A DNA stretch of 63,985 nt, counting the filler, from Octopus bimaculoides (Eukaryota): the NCBI RefSeq assembly GCF_001194135.2. It is 7 parts of 5 records of this genome, joined end to end, with 100 filler letters (N's around TTAATTAATTAA, not from the genome) between each part and the next. Parts side by side here need not be neighbours in the genome. Positions count along the whole stretch, not along the records: positions 47,528 to 53,880 come from NC_068986.1; positions 53,981 to 57,132 come from NC_068994.1; positions 57,233 to 62,663 come from NC_068987.1; 4 more parts are not named here. One strand, 5' to 3'. A program made the position numbers and the translations under genes. Below, in pieces: positions 48,520-60,946 of the stretch; within the stretch, counting starts at the first letter, position 1, and each line of letters opens with the position of its first letter. Below the pieces are notes generated by a model that saw only the letters and a list, made by a program, of their open reading frames with translations, made no database searches and was not told the origin of the DNA.

Positions 48520-49240
48520 AATCTACTTGACGTGACTCATGGAGAAAACTGAAAGAGTCATCAAACGCATGCACTAGAAGGCTTTCTTCTACGAGAACCC
48601 ATCCACAGCTACATCTGTGGATAAAGCTGGATTCAAATCCCAAAAGTGCCCTCCATGTATGAAAGTCCTTGAGAACTTCAAGACTAACCTATGGAACATT
48701 GTAAAGAAGGTAAGGTTTCAGCATTATTCTAACCCCTTCCTTAAATCCTTAAATAACTATATGACCAGTATTAAGCAATCACCCAACCTACACACCTTTG
48801 CAGTAAGAACAAAAAATATTTATGACACAATCATTTCCACACACTCAAGACTCCTCACAAGCACCAGCAACAAAACATACAAGAAAATCCATAATTCCAC
48901 ATAAAATGACATGAACACAGAAGCAAAAGAGCTAGCTACTCACCTTAATATAGAGGATCACGTGGACTGCCTCACCACACAACCCTGCCATATTGCTCTT
49001 AAGGACCATAAGCATAATTTCTTCTCCAATCCCAGATGCAGGCTGATCAACCCCTCCAAAAGTGAAATGGGTATCATTAACAGCTCCGACATCAGGAAGG
49101 ACTGACTCAATGGAACTCCAGTGCAGCTGTAATTGACTGGTTCCATGGTTTTGAGAATAAATCAGCCTGCAAATTCATCCAGTTTGACATAGCTGACTTC
49201 AACCTTTCCATATCTAAGCCCCTCCTCCTGAAATATTTTA
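48520..49240 (+). mobile_element. Penelope-like ORF N-terminal/RT-start fragment
   Basis: GFKSQKCPP..LENF, NTEAKELA..LNIED, IALKDHKHNF.SNPRCRLINPSKSEMG, IQFDIADF. Confidence 0.8.
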
Positions 49241-50530
49241 TTGTTACCTTTCAAATACAACATTTCATGTGAAACAACCTAATATTTGTTATATCAAGCC
49301 CAGTTGTTGCTGGGGCATTGGCTATCTAGAATTATCTTTATATCTCTTAAGTAAACATTTAAGGGCTTGTTCACATCATGTATTAATTAATGTGGGTTTT
49401 GATGTAAATATTTGGTAAAGCTCGTCTACACATAAATTGCAACTATTTCCTTCTACTTGATAAGGCTTAGCAGTAGTTCTCAATTGATAAAATAGCTATT
49501 GTTTTTGTCTTTGATTGACCAAATTAGTTTACTTAGGTTTGAATTATTTATTTATTTATTTTCCTAATATGGTATCCACCCAGATAGTATATCCTTCCAA
49601 ACTCACTTTTATATGTATGTGTGCATGCAAGCACATGTGCATTTTTGTGTCTGTGTTTGTCTTCCACCACCACTTGACATGCTTGTAACTTAGCAGTTTG
49701 GCAAAAGAGACCAATAGAAAAAATACTAGGCTTAAAAAGAATAAATACTATGATTCATTTGTTCAACAAAAATTCTTCAAGATAGTGCCCTAGCATGGCT
49801 GTAGTTTAATGACTTAAACAAGTAAAAAATAAAAGATATGACAACAATAGAGCTAACATGGCACAAAAATATATCTAATATCAGAACATAAAGTGCAACA
49901 AACAAGGCTAACATGACAACAAAGCTAAAAGCACTTAACAAAACAAGACACACAAAGTTAAAGAACACAAAGAAGATACTCATTTAAAAAGACACACATT
50001 TTGACTGTACACTTCTGAAGATGGGCTTTGTGCCTGAAATATATAAAGGTTTTCAGAAGCTTTCCTCATTTCCCTTTTAGCCCATTTTTTATGCTTGTCT
50101 TTCTTGACACTAACCCTTAATTCTTTTCCCAAGTAAAGGATAACATATTTCACACACCTTCAAAGGATGTTGTTGACATGAAGTTAATGACAATACTGAT
50201 TTCAGCAATCTTTATAAGAAATGTAAACAAACATGCATGCACACACACTCATATATGCATATGTTAGTACATGCATAGATATATTTATAAGTATGCATGT
50301 GTATGTATGAGCATATATGTGTGTGTGCATGTGTGTAACTACACATGAACTGTTGGTCATTTTTTCCTTCTTTGGAATTTTTATTTTTCCCTCTTTCCTT
50401 TCCATCGAAGAGCTATGTGTCAAAAACTCTCTTTGTACTGAGTGCCAAACTAATACATTCCATGTGCACATCTTCTTGTTGTTTGTTATTGTTATTTTAA
50501 ATGTTATTTATTCAATATCACTATATATAT

Positions 50531-51006
50531 ATATTAATAGTTATCGCCAAGCCAACATGGCAATCCAAAAAATAGGATGAATGCTGCCGTTGATTAGCTC
50601 CAAGAGGCCATCGCCACTAGCTAGCTATGTGATACACGAACCTGTGTCCATTATAACCTTCGAACAGGGGAGGTTAGCCACTTCCCCTTACTGGTCTGGC
50701 ATCTACAGAATAGTTTCAGGGTGTCGCCTCTTATCAATGTAGAGCAGACGGACCCAACAGGTGTCGCTACTGACTGTCTGTACGAAGGATTATTTAGCTA
50801 AATTCAGTGGAATACTTCCACTGGTTTTCAAAACTAGAAATATTAATATTTCTAAGTCTCTCTACAGGAGACTATGGTAGCAGTATTGGATATTAATAGT
50901 TATCGCCAAGCCAACATGGCAGTCCAAAAAATAAGACGAATGCTGCCGTTGATTAGCTTCAAGAGGCCATCACCTCTAGCTTGCTATGTGACACACGAAC
51001 CTGTGT
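50531..51006 (-). mobile_element. Same repeat family, ~360-bp unit plus a partial second tandem unit, with degenerate hammerhead (50702-50743)
   Basis: 50531-50650 is repeated at 50891-51006. Minus strand tctaca-TTGATAA-gagg cgacac cct-GAAA-ctat TC-tgtaga. Confidence 0.65.
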
Positions 51007-51010
51007 TCAT

Positions 51011-53525
51011 TTCTTCCTTGACACTCCTGCGGGAACTGGCAAAACTTTTGTCACAAAATTAATATTGGCTGAGATTAGGCAAATACAAGGCATTGCCTTA
51101 GCTGTGGCATCATCTGGAATTGTGGCTACTTTCAAGCTCCCGCTTGACTTAGCGAAAACTGATACACCAATTTGCAACATCAGTAACAGCTCCGATCAGG
51201 CAGAAGTGTTCAGACGATGCAAGCTTATCGTTTGGGATGAATGTACAATGGCCCACTGAGGTGCACTTGAGGCGCTAGATAGATCTCTGAGAGACATCAA
51301 AGACTCTACAGTTCCCATGGGAGGCATAACACTTCTTCTTTCAGGGGACCTCAGGCAAACACTGCCAGTTATTCCCAAGGAGAATAGAGCTGATACAGTA
51401 CGTGCGTGTCTTAAGTCATCCACATTGTGGACCCTGGTGAAGACTCTCAAACTTCACACTAACATGCGGGCTCATATGCGAGGTGACGTAGCATCAACAG
51501 AATTTTCTCACACCCTCCTTGCACTTGGTGAAGGCAAAACTCCCTGCGATGAAAAAGGTAATATTGCCATTGATTCACTTTGTACCATTGTTAATACGCC
51601 TTCTGATCTCACTGATGCAGTTTTCCCAGATCTCCAAGCAAATTATCAGAATATGGATTGGATTGGCCAAAGGGCTATTCTGGCCCCGAAGAATACAACT
51701 GTTTACCATATTAATGACCAAATGCTAAAAAATCATTCCTGGGGATGGCTATATATATAAGTCTATTGATACAACTCTTGACCCTGAGGACGTCATCAAC
51801 TATCCAATAGAAGTACTAAATTCCTTTGAGCCCCCTGGACTACCCCCACACATTCTCAAACTTAAAGTTGGTGCCCCCATAATGCTCATTCAAAATTTGG
51901 TTCCGCCTAAACAATGCAATGACACACGTTTGATCGTTAAGTCTTTATCTCCCAATCTAATTGAGGCTACGATAATCATGGTGTGGTCAAGGCAACGTTG
52001 TCCTCATACCCAGAATGCATCTTTTCCCATCAGGAGCAGACCTACCTTTCACATTTCAGAGGTCCCAGTTCCCAGTGAGGCCATGCTTCACAATATCAAT
52101 TAACAAAGCACAGGGGCAAACACTGTCTGTCGCAGGAATACATTTAGGGGAGCCGTGTTTCTCTCATGGTCAGCTTTACGTTGGCTGCTCATGTGGGCAG
52201 CAAGAGTGATGCTTTCGCATTCATTCCACAAGGAAAAACAAAAAACATTGTGTACAAGGAGGTTTTATAGGATTACTTCGATTCCTAATTTTATTAATTT
52301 AAACAATTTTTTAAATTTCTTACTTTTCGTCAGTAATTTCTAAGTAGGTGTAGGTTCATATTTATTGCAGTGCACTTGACACTCCCAAATATCAGCCGTA
52401 AAAACGCTGATTCTCGCAGCGTTACAAAACTTCATTACAAATCAGACCCTGCTCAAAAATCACCTGTTGTTACTCACCAACACCCATTGGGGAGGCATCA
52501 GAGAACGATGGATAGGTTAGTATTTCAATTCCGTACGACTCTCAAAGAGTCAACAATGCTTTTATGACGCGATTTACATTTTTTGGTAGTTCCCTGCAAT
52601 TACTTCACACTTCACCAACACCTGCACTCCGCTCAGTTCTATTTCACTCACTTCATCAGTACAGCAGCCTCATCTTCTACATCAGACGTACATGATACAT
52701 CTCCCCCTTCCATCTCCTCTCTCACCATTACAGTTTACTACATCGGCAACATTATCGCAAGATACCATTTGAAAACCAAGCAACATATCATTTCATACAA
52801 CAACAAATGTAATCATAACGACGATCAATGAAACAAATGCATTAAAATAATTACATGAAGAAGTAACTATCTCTTACACACCATTACAATTTACATAAAA
52901 TAACAAAACTTAAACAATCGATAAAACTAAATACATACATCCTCTCTCTCACCATTATATTTCACACCATTACATCAAATACAAACTATTCTAAAGCAAC
53001 AGGTCATTTTACACAACATCTTCACGAGACAAGTGTTCTGATTCATCTATTCAACACCACTACAGTCTTGCCCATCTGACATATGGTGAGTAGATGCTAT
53101 TGTTGTATATTTTCAAACTTACCCATATTTACTAACCCATGATTAATCCTCATCTTTCCTCCATAGGGCATCTATTCTGTTTTCACAGACCATGAAGTTT
53201 TGCAACAACACGTCCACTGCCGTTGATGGAAAATGAAGATGCCATATTCACTTGTGAACATTTTACACACCCTTACATGACTACCTAACACATTATTACA
53301 ATTGTGAGAACAATAAAACAGCCTTTTCAGGGCCACCTCACATTCTATTGTTACCCCCTTCTGAGAGTGTTGCAATGCTCTTGGCAGGGCTTTCTGTCCA
53401 GTTGCAAAAAGATTGGTTGGTTGTCAACTTATAGCAATCTTTGCATCAATAATCATAATTGAGTAGAATCATTAACAGTACTTTAAAGCAATTAAGCCCC
53501 GAGCAACGCCGGGCACTTCTGCTAG
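51011..53525 (+). mobile_element. 5'-truncated Helitron: PIF1-like helicase pseudogene (51011-52270) plus 3' terminus
   Basis: FFLDTPAGTGKT, IVWDECTM, LSGDLRQTLPV, TINKAQGQTL, CFSHGQLYV. Terminal hairpin cccgagcaacgccggg is followed by CTAG|T at 53522-53526. Confidence 0.92.
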
Positions 53526-53740
53526 TATATATAGTATATATACACTCTCTGAGTGGTTGGCGTTAGGAAGGGCATCCAGCTGTAGAAACTCTGCCAAATC
53601 AGACTGGAGCCTGGTGTTGCCATCCGGTTTCACCAGTCCTCAGTCAAATCGTCCAACCCATGCTAGCATGGAAAGCGGACGTTAAACGATGATGATGATG
53701 ATGATGATATATATATATATATATATATAAAGTGTAGTAT

Positions 53741-53880
53741 ATTGCCACTTAAGTGTGGCTGACCCCTAGGGGTGGATGCTACTGTTGCTTTTAGCCCCAG
53801 GAGGACATCTCCTCCAGCTGGCTTATCGACACACGACTGTGTCCTGTTTGCCAAGGGAAGTTATCCCTCTCACCACGATC
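53741..53880. repeat. Partial copy of the same repeat family, cut by a gap
   Basis: gatgctactgttgcttttagccccag...gacacac...ctgtgtcc shared with 47036-47100 and 50580-50650. Confidence 0.55.
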
Positions 53881-53980
53881 NNNNNNNNNNNNNNNNNNNN
53901 NNNNNNNNNNNNNNNNNNNNNNNNTTAATTAATTAANNNNNNNNNNNNNNNNNNNNNNNNNNNNNNNNNNNNNNNNNNNN

Positions 53981-54384
53981 TGCGCTACTAGCTCGCTGAG
54001 CGCCATCTTCCCGCCAGGCAACTGCTGTAATCGGATCCCTACGTCGTCGGGGAATCCATTTACAAACGCCAGCCGCGCCGCTCTGTCCAGGCCTTCTCCC
54101 GTAAACCCAGCCAGCGTGGCCAGTCTTCGCACTTCCGCCACGTATTCATCCACCTGTTCTCCCCCCCATCTAATCGTTCCTAGTTTTACGTAGGCAGCGT
54201 ACTTGCTCTCCATATATGCCTCTCTCAGCCTCCGTTTGACGTTCTCTGCACTTAATCTTTCTTCCTCGTCCATTTCTAGGTAGAGGGTCAGGGCGCTCCC
54301 TTCCAAGTACAGAGCCATGAGACTCGCCACATCACTTATTCCTTGCAGCTTGGCAACGAGCCTAATTTTTCATATCCAAGCCAT
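53981..54384 (-). mobile_element. Gypsy-type LTR retrotransposon gag fragment
   Basis: LVAKLQGISDVASLMALYLEGSAL...GEQVDEYVAEVRRLATLAGF...FVNGFP, a retrotransposon capsid-like sequence. Confidence 0.8.
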
Positions 54385-54860
54385 NNNNNNNNNNNNNNNN
54401 NNNNNNNNNNNNNNNNNNNNNNNNNNNNNNNNNNNNNNNNNNNNNNNNNNNNNNNNNNNNNNNNNNNNNNNNNNNNNNNNNNNNNNNNNNNNNNNNNNNN
54501 NNNNNNNNNNNNNNNNNNNNNNNNNNNNNNNNNNNNNNNNNNNNNNNNNNNNNNNNNNNNNNNNNNNNNNNNNNNNNNNNNNNNNNNNNNNNNNNNNNNN
54601 NNNNNNNNNNNNNNNNNNNNNNNNNNNNNNNNNNNNNNNNNNNNNNNNNNNNNNNNNNNNNNNNNNNNNNNNNNNNNNNNNNNNNNNNNNNNNNNNNNNN
54701 NNNNNNNNNNNNNNNNNNNNNNNNNNNNNNNNNNNNNNNNNNNNNNNNNNNNNNNNNNNNNNNNNNNNNNNNNNNNNNNNNNNNNNNNNNNNNNNNNNNN
54801 NNNNNNNNNNNNNNNNNNNNNNNNNNNNNNNNNNNNNNNNNNNNNNNNNNNNNNNNNNNA

Positions 54861-55053
54861 CCCAAAGTACACCAGGAATAGCAGCTGCTTCTCCCAAACC
54901 TTCCCAAACCTAGACCGTCGCTTAACACGTCTTGTCCTGACCGCAGCCCCGTTCGAAAAGGGCACGAATCCCGATTGAGGCTCCCTCTGCCCTTTTTCCC
55001 CTTCCGGTCAACTCGCCCTTCCGGTCAGCCTCCCCAGACACTGACGTCATACC

Positions 55054-55056
<3 letters not shown>
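54861..55056 (-). mobile_element. Putative 5' LTR of the same Gypsy element
   Basis: GC-rich block beginning TGTGGTATGACGTCAG on the minus strand next to a (TA)n tract, upstream of gag across a gap. Confidence 0.55.
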
Positions 55057-55091
<35 letters not shown>

Positions 55092-55559
55092 GAATGTGTA
55101 TATATATATATATATATGCGTGTGTGTGTATATATATGGCGATATTCATACACACTGAGGAATTCCTAGCATTACTGGAGTTATACATTCCTAAAATCCT
55201 GTAACGCAAAATTATTTTTCTACTGGTTTTCATGCTATTAAATAATAATGTGTTCTAATGGACTTTTTCAAAACTATAAAACTCAAGCAACATGACCACT
55301 TTAATGCATGAAAGTAGCAATTTCTAAACATACACAATACAATATGTATACATAAAAACATTTGGAGAGAAATAGGTAAGGAATAAATAAGTAAGTAAGA
55401 ATTGTAATAGAGTGCATTCTTATTCACAAATGGCGTTTATTACTGAGTGAAGAGTGGTGGTGCTGGAATGTGAGTTATTAGGAGACTGAGGGACTCTATT
55501 ATCTTATCTTATATTTCATCCCTCTTGTAATTTTTATTACATTCACAATTTAAGTTATT

Positions 55560-56330
55560 AACAAAAACTGATAGATTTCCTCTATAGTATTATAGGCATT
55601 ATTCCTTGTCATCAATTTAAGTGGAATTGGTGGAATTTCCGTATTCTTATCTGTATTCTCAGCTTGTTCTAATTTTAGCAGTATCAATTCCTCATTAGAT
55701 AAACTTTCTCTATGGGACACCAGCAACTCAACCATATCACTCTCCATGACTTCTTCAAATCCTACAAGTGCCACAATGTCTTTCTGAACTTGGTGTAGAC
55801 TTTCTGCATGTGGAAAACTTGTTAAGTTATGGATACAATCTGGCCACATATTTTTCCCTAGCACTATCCAAAGTTGAGGGTTTCACATCATCCCATGACT
55901 CAACTGTGTTATCCACCACATTTTCCAGGATTTATCCTCCTTACCAATTGTTTTCATAAGTTATTTGAAATATTTCAGGTAATATTCCTTGAAATTAGTT
56001 GTCACACTTTGATCCATTGGCTGGAGCAAAGTGGTTGAACTGTTGGGTTTATATTCTACTCTTACATTATAAGAAAGCTCATTTCAGTTCAGTGGTGTAT
56101 TGTCTAAAATGAGCAATCCTTATAAAATGGTTGTAAACCACTATTCAAAAAGACTTTTAGTCATCCATGTCTTTGAAAGCCAAATCAGAGGCAAATTAAA
56201 CTTCTCATAACCCTGGAATGTGCTTGGATTTTTGGAGTGATACACAACTAGGAATTTTAATTTCATATTACCAGTGGCATTTCCTCCTGAAGCACGAGCT
56301 TCTAGGAAAGTGTAGTTTCAACATTGTATA
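55560..56330 (-). mobile_element. pogo/Tigger-type DDE transposase fragment
   Basis: LILDN, LLQPMDQSV, MWPDC...GFEEVMESDMVELLVSHRESLSNEEL. Confidence 0.75.
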
Positions 56331-57232
56331 CTTACTCTGGTATGTAGCCCCCTTTAGCAATAATTATTTTTTTCAGCTGCTCGGGATAATTAGTGGTAGC
56401 ACTGACAACTTCATTATGGAAAGGAATGTACAAGGCTGGAAGGAACCAATGAAAGGTCAAGAAAACATCCAATATATTCAAAATAATAATATTATAAAAC
56501 AGTAACAATATGCAGTAGAGAGAAATGTTTATGAGCATTACCATTTGGTAGAAGGAGCCTTGAGACCAAAAATTTCAAAGAATGTGTGCAACAGTCCAGT
56601 AATTCAGATTTTCAGTTTAAAGCCAATTTGTCTTGAAACTATTTCTTGTTTAAACATAAGGAGTACTTTATGGAATGGTGGTAGGACCTATGTCTGCATG
56701 GGCTTACTCTTTCTAAGATTGATCTGTGGATTTTGAAAGGGGTTGAACTAGTTTTATGTATATACATGTAGTGATGATGATGTGTGTGTTGCGGAGAGAA
56801 AGAGTTTATATATATAGATACACACACAGATATACAAATATATCAGTGGTGTTCCTCCATGGCTGCTACATGTCCAAGATTTTTATGTAAAATCATCATC
56901 ATCATCATCATCGTTTAACGTCCGCTTTCCATGCTAGCATGGGTTGGACGATTTGACTGAGGACTGGTGAAACCGGATGGCAACACCAGGCTCCAGTCTG
57001 ATTTGGCAGAGTTTCTACAGCTGGATGCCCTTCCTAACGCCAACCACTCAGAGAGTGTAGTGGGTGCTTTTACGTGTCACCCGCACGAAAACGGCCACGC
57101 TCGAAATGGTGTCTTTTATGTGCCACCCGCACNNNNNNNNNNNNNNNNNNNNNNNNNNNNNNNNNNNNNNNNNNNNTTAATTAATTAANNNNNNNNNNNN
57201 NNNNNNNNNNNNNNNNNNNNNNNNNNNNNNNN

Positions 57233-57395
57233 GCTTCACCGACCATATTTGTTTCCACAATTTCTCTAGTTCTTCTGCTGTTGGTGCTGCAGTAATGTCT
57301 ATTTTATTTTTACCCAGTTAGGTAGAGTTTTTTGTGGTTGGATTTGAACTGTTTGTTTTGTTCAAAGAAACGTTGGCGTTTCTCATAACGGCGGA
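57233..57395 (-). mobile_element. R4/Dong-type fragment (pre-RT region)
   Basis: QRIRRYEKRQRFFEQNKQFKSN. Confidence 0.65.
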
Positions 57396-57427
57396 TCCTT
57401 TGTGCTTTATTATTATTATTATTATTA

Positions 57428-57463
<36 letters not shown>

Positions 57464-57599
57464 GTCAAGACGAAGAGCGCGATTCGATTGCATAAATGTT
57501 TTATTCGTTGAACAATATTTCGATAGTACGTCTGTCTTTGTCAAGTTCAAAACAAAAGGTGATTAAAAATTCAATATTTCAGAAATTTAAACGTAAACT

Positions 57600-58090
57600 A
57601 TAATTATTATTATAATTATCATTATTATTTATTGTCTTTGGACAGTTTCTAACGCTGAAGATGTACTACGGTGCCAGCTGTTATCTACAAATGAAATAAG
57701 GTAACATCCCTTATTTTACAAACACCATCCGGAGTATTCGAGTGGTTTCAAGCAGTGTTGTCTTCTGCAAGTTCTCCAACATTATTGCAGCCCCTATTTG
57801 TTCCATGTACTTCTCGAGATTTTTACTCACTGTTCCCAGGGATCCGACAATTATTGGTACTACTATCACCTTTTACATCAACCACAACTGCTTAACCTCC
57901 CAAACTAACCTGTCATATCTATCGACTTTTCTTTCTTCCTTATCGCATACCTTGTCAGCTTGGCATGATATATCTATGATCCAACATCGTTTGCTTTCTT
58001 TGTCAATTATCACTCTCTGGTTTCCTATTCTGTATGTCATGGTCGCACTGAATCATAAAATCCCATAGGATCTTTGCATTATCATTTTCG
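57600..58090 (-). mobile_element. R4/Dong-type 3' end with (AAT)n tail
   Basis: CWIIDISC, KVDRYDRL, VVPIIVGSLG, LQKTTLLETTRILRMV*. Confidence 0.8.
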
Positions 58091-58204
58091 ACGAGGCCTT
58101 CGGGTTTGAGAGACATATAGATGGTTTGGAAGAAGAAAATAAAACTAATGGTGACATGAGAAATGGGTGAAAGGCAATCTACTACAGAATAAATGTAAGG
58201 CTAC

Positions 58205-58600
58205 AGGAGAACGATAGCGACATTATTTACAACCTTAAAAAGGTTGATCGGTGGAAATTGAAACAAGAAACGAAAAATATGAATGAAATTCTGAAATATA
58301 TCAGAAAAAACATCAGAGAAACAAATAACTTGATCAAGGCTGCAAGTATTGTTGCAGAAAATGTGGCTGTTGATGTCAAGAAAAAGAAATATAATGGGAG
58401 TGATAAAAGAAAAGATCCATGGGGGAAAAGAAGTCTACAGGCAGGGTTAGATATACTCTCGAAAGACATTTCTGTGTTAGAGTGAAAAGAGAATGGGGAG
58501 CTTAAAAGCGAATAAAATTACAGGGTACTAAACAGGAAGTATAATTTTGAAAGAAAGAACCTGAAAAAAGTAATGGAGGAACTGAAACAGAGACGTCTCT
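58205..58600 (+). mobile_element. R4/Dong-type N-terminal ORF fragment
   Basis: IRETNNLIKAA...DPWGKRSL...LSKDISVL...KY...MEELKQR. Confidence 0.6.
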
Positions 58601-58865
58601 CATCGGGCAAGCTAACACTGTTCCTTTATTATTATTATTATTATTATTACTATGTAAGGCGGCGATTAGGTAGAGACGTTAGCACATAGGACGAAATGGT
58701 TAGTGCAATATCGTCCGGTTTTTACCTTCTGAGATCAAATGCCAACGAGCTTAGATTCATCCTTTAGAGTAACACTCAACCACTGGACTTAATGTAAGTG
58801 ACTAGACACCTCCCACAAAATGTCAGGTCTTGTGCCTATAATAGAAACGATGATTATTATAACTG

Positions 58866-58866
58866 C

Positions 58867-58941
<75 letters not shown>
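58866..58941. repeat. (TAG)n microsatellite
   Basis: Direct inspection. Confidence 0.95.
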
Positions 58942-59515
58942 CATTTTCCGTTGTTTCACCTGATTGGTGTATTATGCTTCCTACTGAACCACAACTGTGA
59001 TCTCTAATGAGTGTCTCGTTATTTTCCTAGAACGGTTTTTCTTCTACTCTGTATAACTCTTTTAACTTGTCTACTGAGGACATTTGGATAATATTTGCGA
59101 ACCTAACAATCATGCTTTCTATTTAGTATCTACTCTTAGATTAGGATCAAGTTTTCTTTCAAGGTTCTGACGACAAATGTCTTTTATCATTTTTCTCACT
59201 GTTCTCAATGTTCACATAATAATAATCGTCAGTATTAATAATGACGACATTGTTAGCTTCTCTGTTCCAGCATTAATAAGCTCTGTTCTCTTTTTTGTTT
59301 TGTTTTTTTTAGTTTTTTTTTTTTGGTTTCTTTTTATTATGGTGACACATGAGCATGTCACGTCAATTACAACACAGCTTCAATGTCTTCTCAACAATAT
59401 GACCAGCGTGTTCTATTCTAATCAGCTACGTATCATCGTTTTCCAAGAGCTTGAATTTGTTGTTATCTTCCAAATTGTTATGGATTACGTTTTTTTCTTC
59501 TGAGCACACTCACTG

Positions 59516-59529
<14 letters not shown>

Positions 59530-59548
<19 letters not shown>

Positions 59549-59730
59549 TTTATTGTTCAGTAGTTTTATTTTTATAACGTGCTCTGTGCGCCTTGGGTAT
59601 GTGCTGTGGTTTGCTGTGGTGCTCTTATGTTTACTGTATTGAAAGTGTTTTCAATACAGTTTTATCATTTTATCATTTTTCTCACTGTTCTCAATGTTCA
59701 CATAATAATAATCGTCAGTATTAATAATGA

Positions 59731-59799
<69 letters not shown>

Positions 59800-60120
59800 N
59801 NNNNNNNNNNNNNNNNNNNNNNNNNNNNNNNNNNNNNNNNNNNNNNNNNNNNNNNNNNNNNNNNNNNNNNNNNNNNNNNNNNNNNNNNNNNTTTATTTTT
59901 ATAACGTGCTTTCACTTCACTGCCGAGCGCAGCTCTGTGTGCCTTGGGTATGTGCTGTGGTTTGCTGTGATGCTCTTATGGTTACTGTATTGAAAGTGTT
60001 TTGCGTAGGATGTGTGCAGTACCCAGTAGTGCAATTTTCTGTATGTTATATATATTTGTAAGTCCTGGTGTTTTTGTTATGTATTCGTTATGTATTTGTT
60101 AGAAATTTCTCTAGTTCTAG
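59530..60120 (-). mobile_element. R4/Dong-type 3' end with duplicated 3' UTR and (AAT)n tracts
   Basis: NIQKIALLGTAHILRKTLSIQ*. UTR copies at ~59565-59660 and ~59890-60000. Confidence 0.75.
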
Positions 60121-60199
60121 TAGCCCACCTCACACAAAAGTTCCCTGAATAAGAGTTGCTTAAAAATGATGAACGAAATACCAATGTTTCCAGGAGTGA

Positions 60200-60460
60200 A
60201 ACATTCAAAACCCAAAGAATTTCTCTTAACACATGGCTATGATGTTTCTCCACTACTCCTACTCGTGATTAGAGATGCGCATATTGACAGCCGCTAAGGG
60301 ATATGCTTAAGTGGTTAAGGTCAAGCAACAAATTAGCAAATCTGTGGTATTGAGTAGAATATATGCTGTACCTCATCTTTTATATGAAGACAAAACATGT
60401 ACGTAACATTTCCAATCAGTAATGATCAGGGGCCATGAGAGCATGGCCCGGTACTGCATT
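60200..60460. repeat. Unclassified interspersed repeat (SINE-like)
   Basis: Resembles a recurrent octopus repeat as recalled; single copy in this window. Confidence 0.3.
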
Positions 60461-60603
60461 ATGACAATTATTGTTGTTGTTGTTATGATTATTTTTTTCT
60501 TAATTTGCATGTTTGTTACAATCACTTGCCGCGACACACCTAGCGTCCTTGGCGAGTGAAGGATGAGAGATGTTAAAGTATGACTGAAAGCTTATTATTC
60601 GTA

Positions 60604-60946
60604 AGACGGTGAGCTGGCAGAATCGTTGGCACTCCGGAGAAAAAATGCTTAACATCATTTCGTCCGTGTCTACGTTCTGAGTTCAAATTCCGCCGAATTT
60701 GACATTATTATTATTATTTAGGTGTTATTGACGGGAATGGCTCGATAGATATTCTTTTCTACTCTAGGCAAAAGGCCCGAAATTTGGGGGGAGGGGGCCA
60801 ATCAATTACATCGACTCCAGTGTGCAACTGGTAATTAATATGTCGACCTCGAAAGGATGAAATGCAAAGTCGACCTCGGCGGAATTTAAACTCAGAACGT
60901 AAAGACAGACAAAATACCGCTAAGTATTTCGCCCAGCTCGCCGTCC
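60604..60946. mobile_element. Inverted pair of SINE family B copies
   Basis: 60604-60705(+) and 60748-60946(-). Confidence 0.8.

Noticed and set aside
50575-50620. gaatgctgccgttgattagctccaag resembling a twister ribozyme 5' half
   Set aside because: Could not identify the required P1/P2 stems and both pseudoknots by eye; needs a covariance-model search
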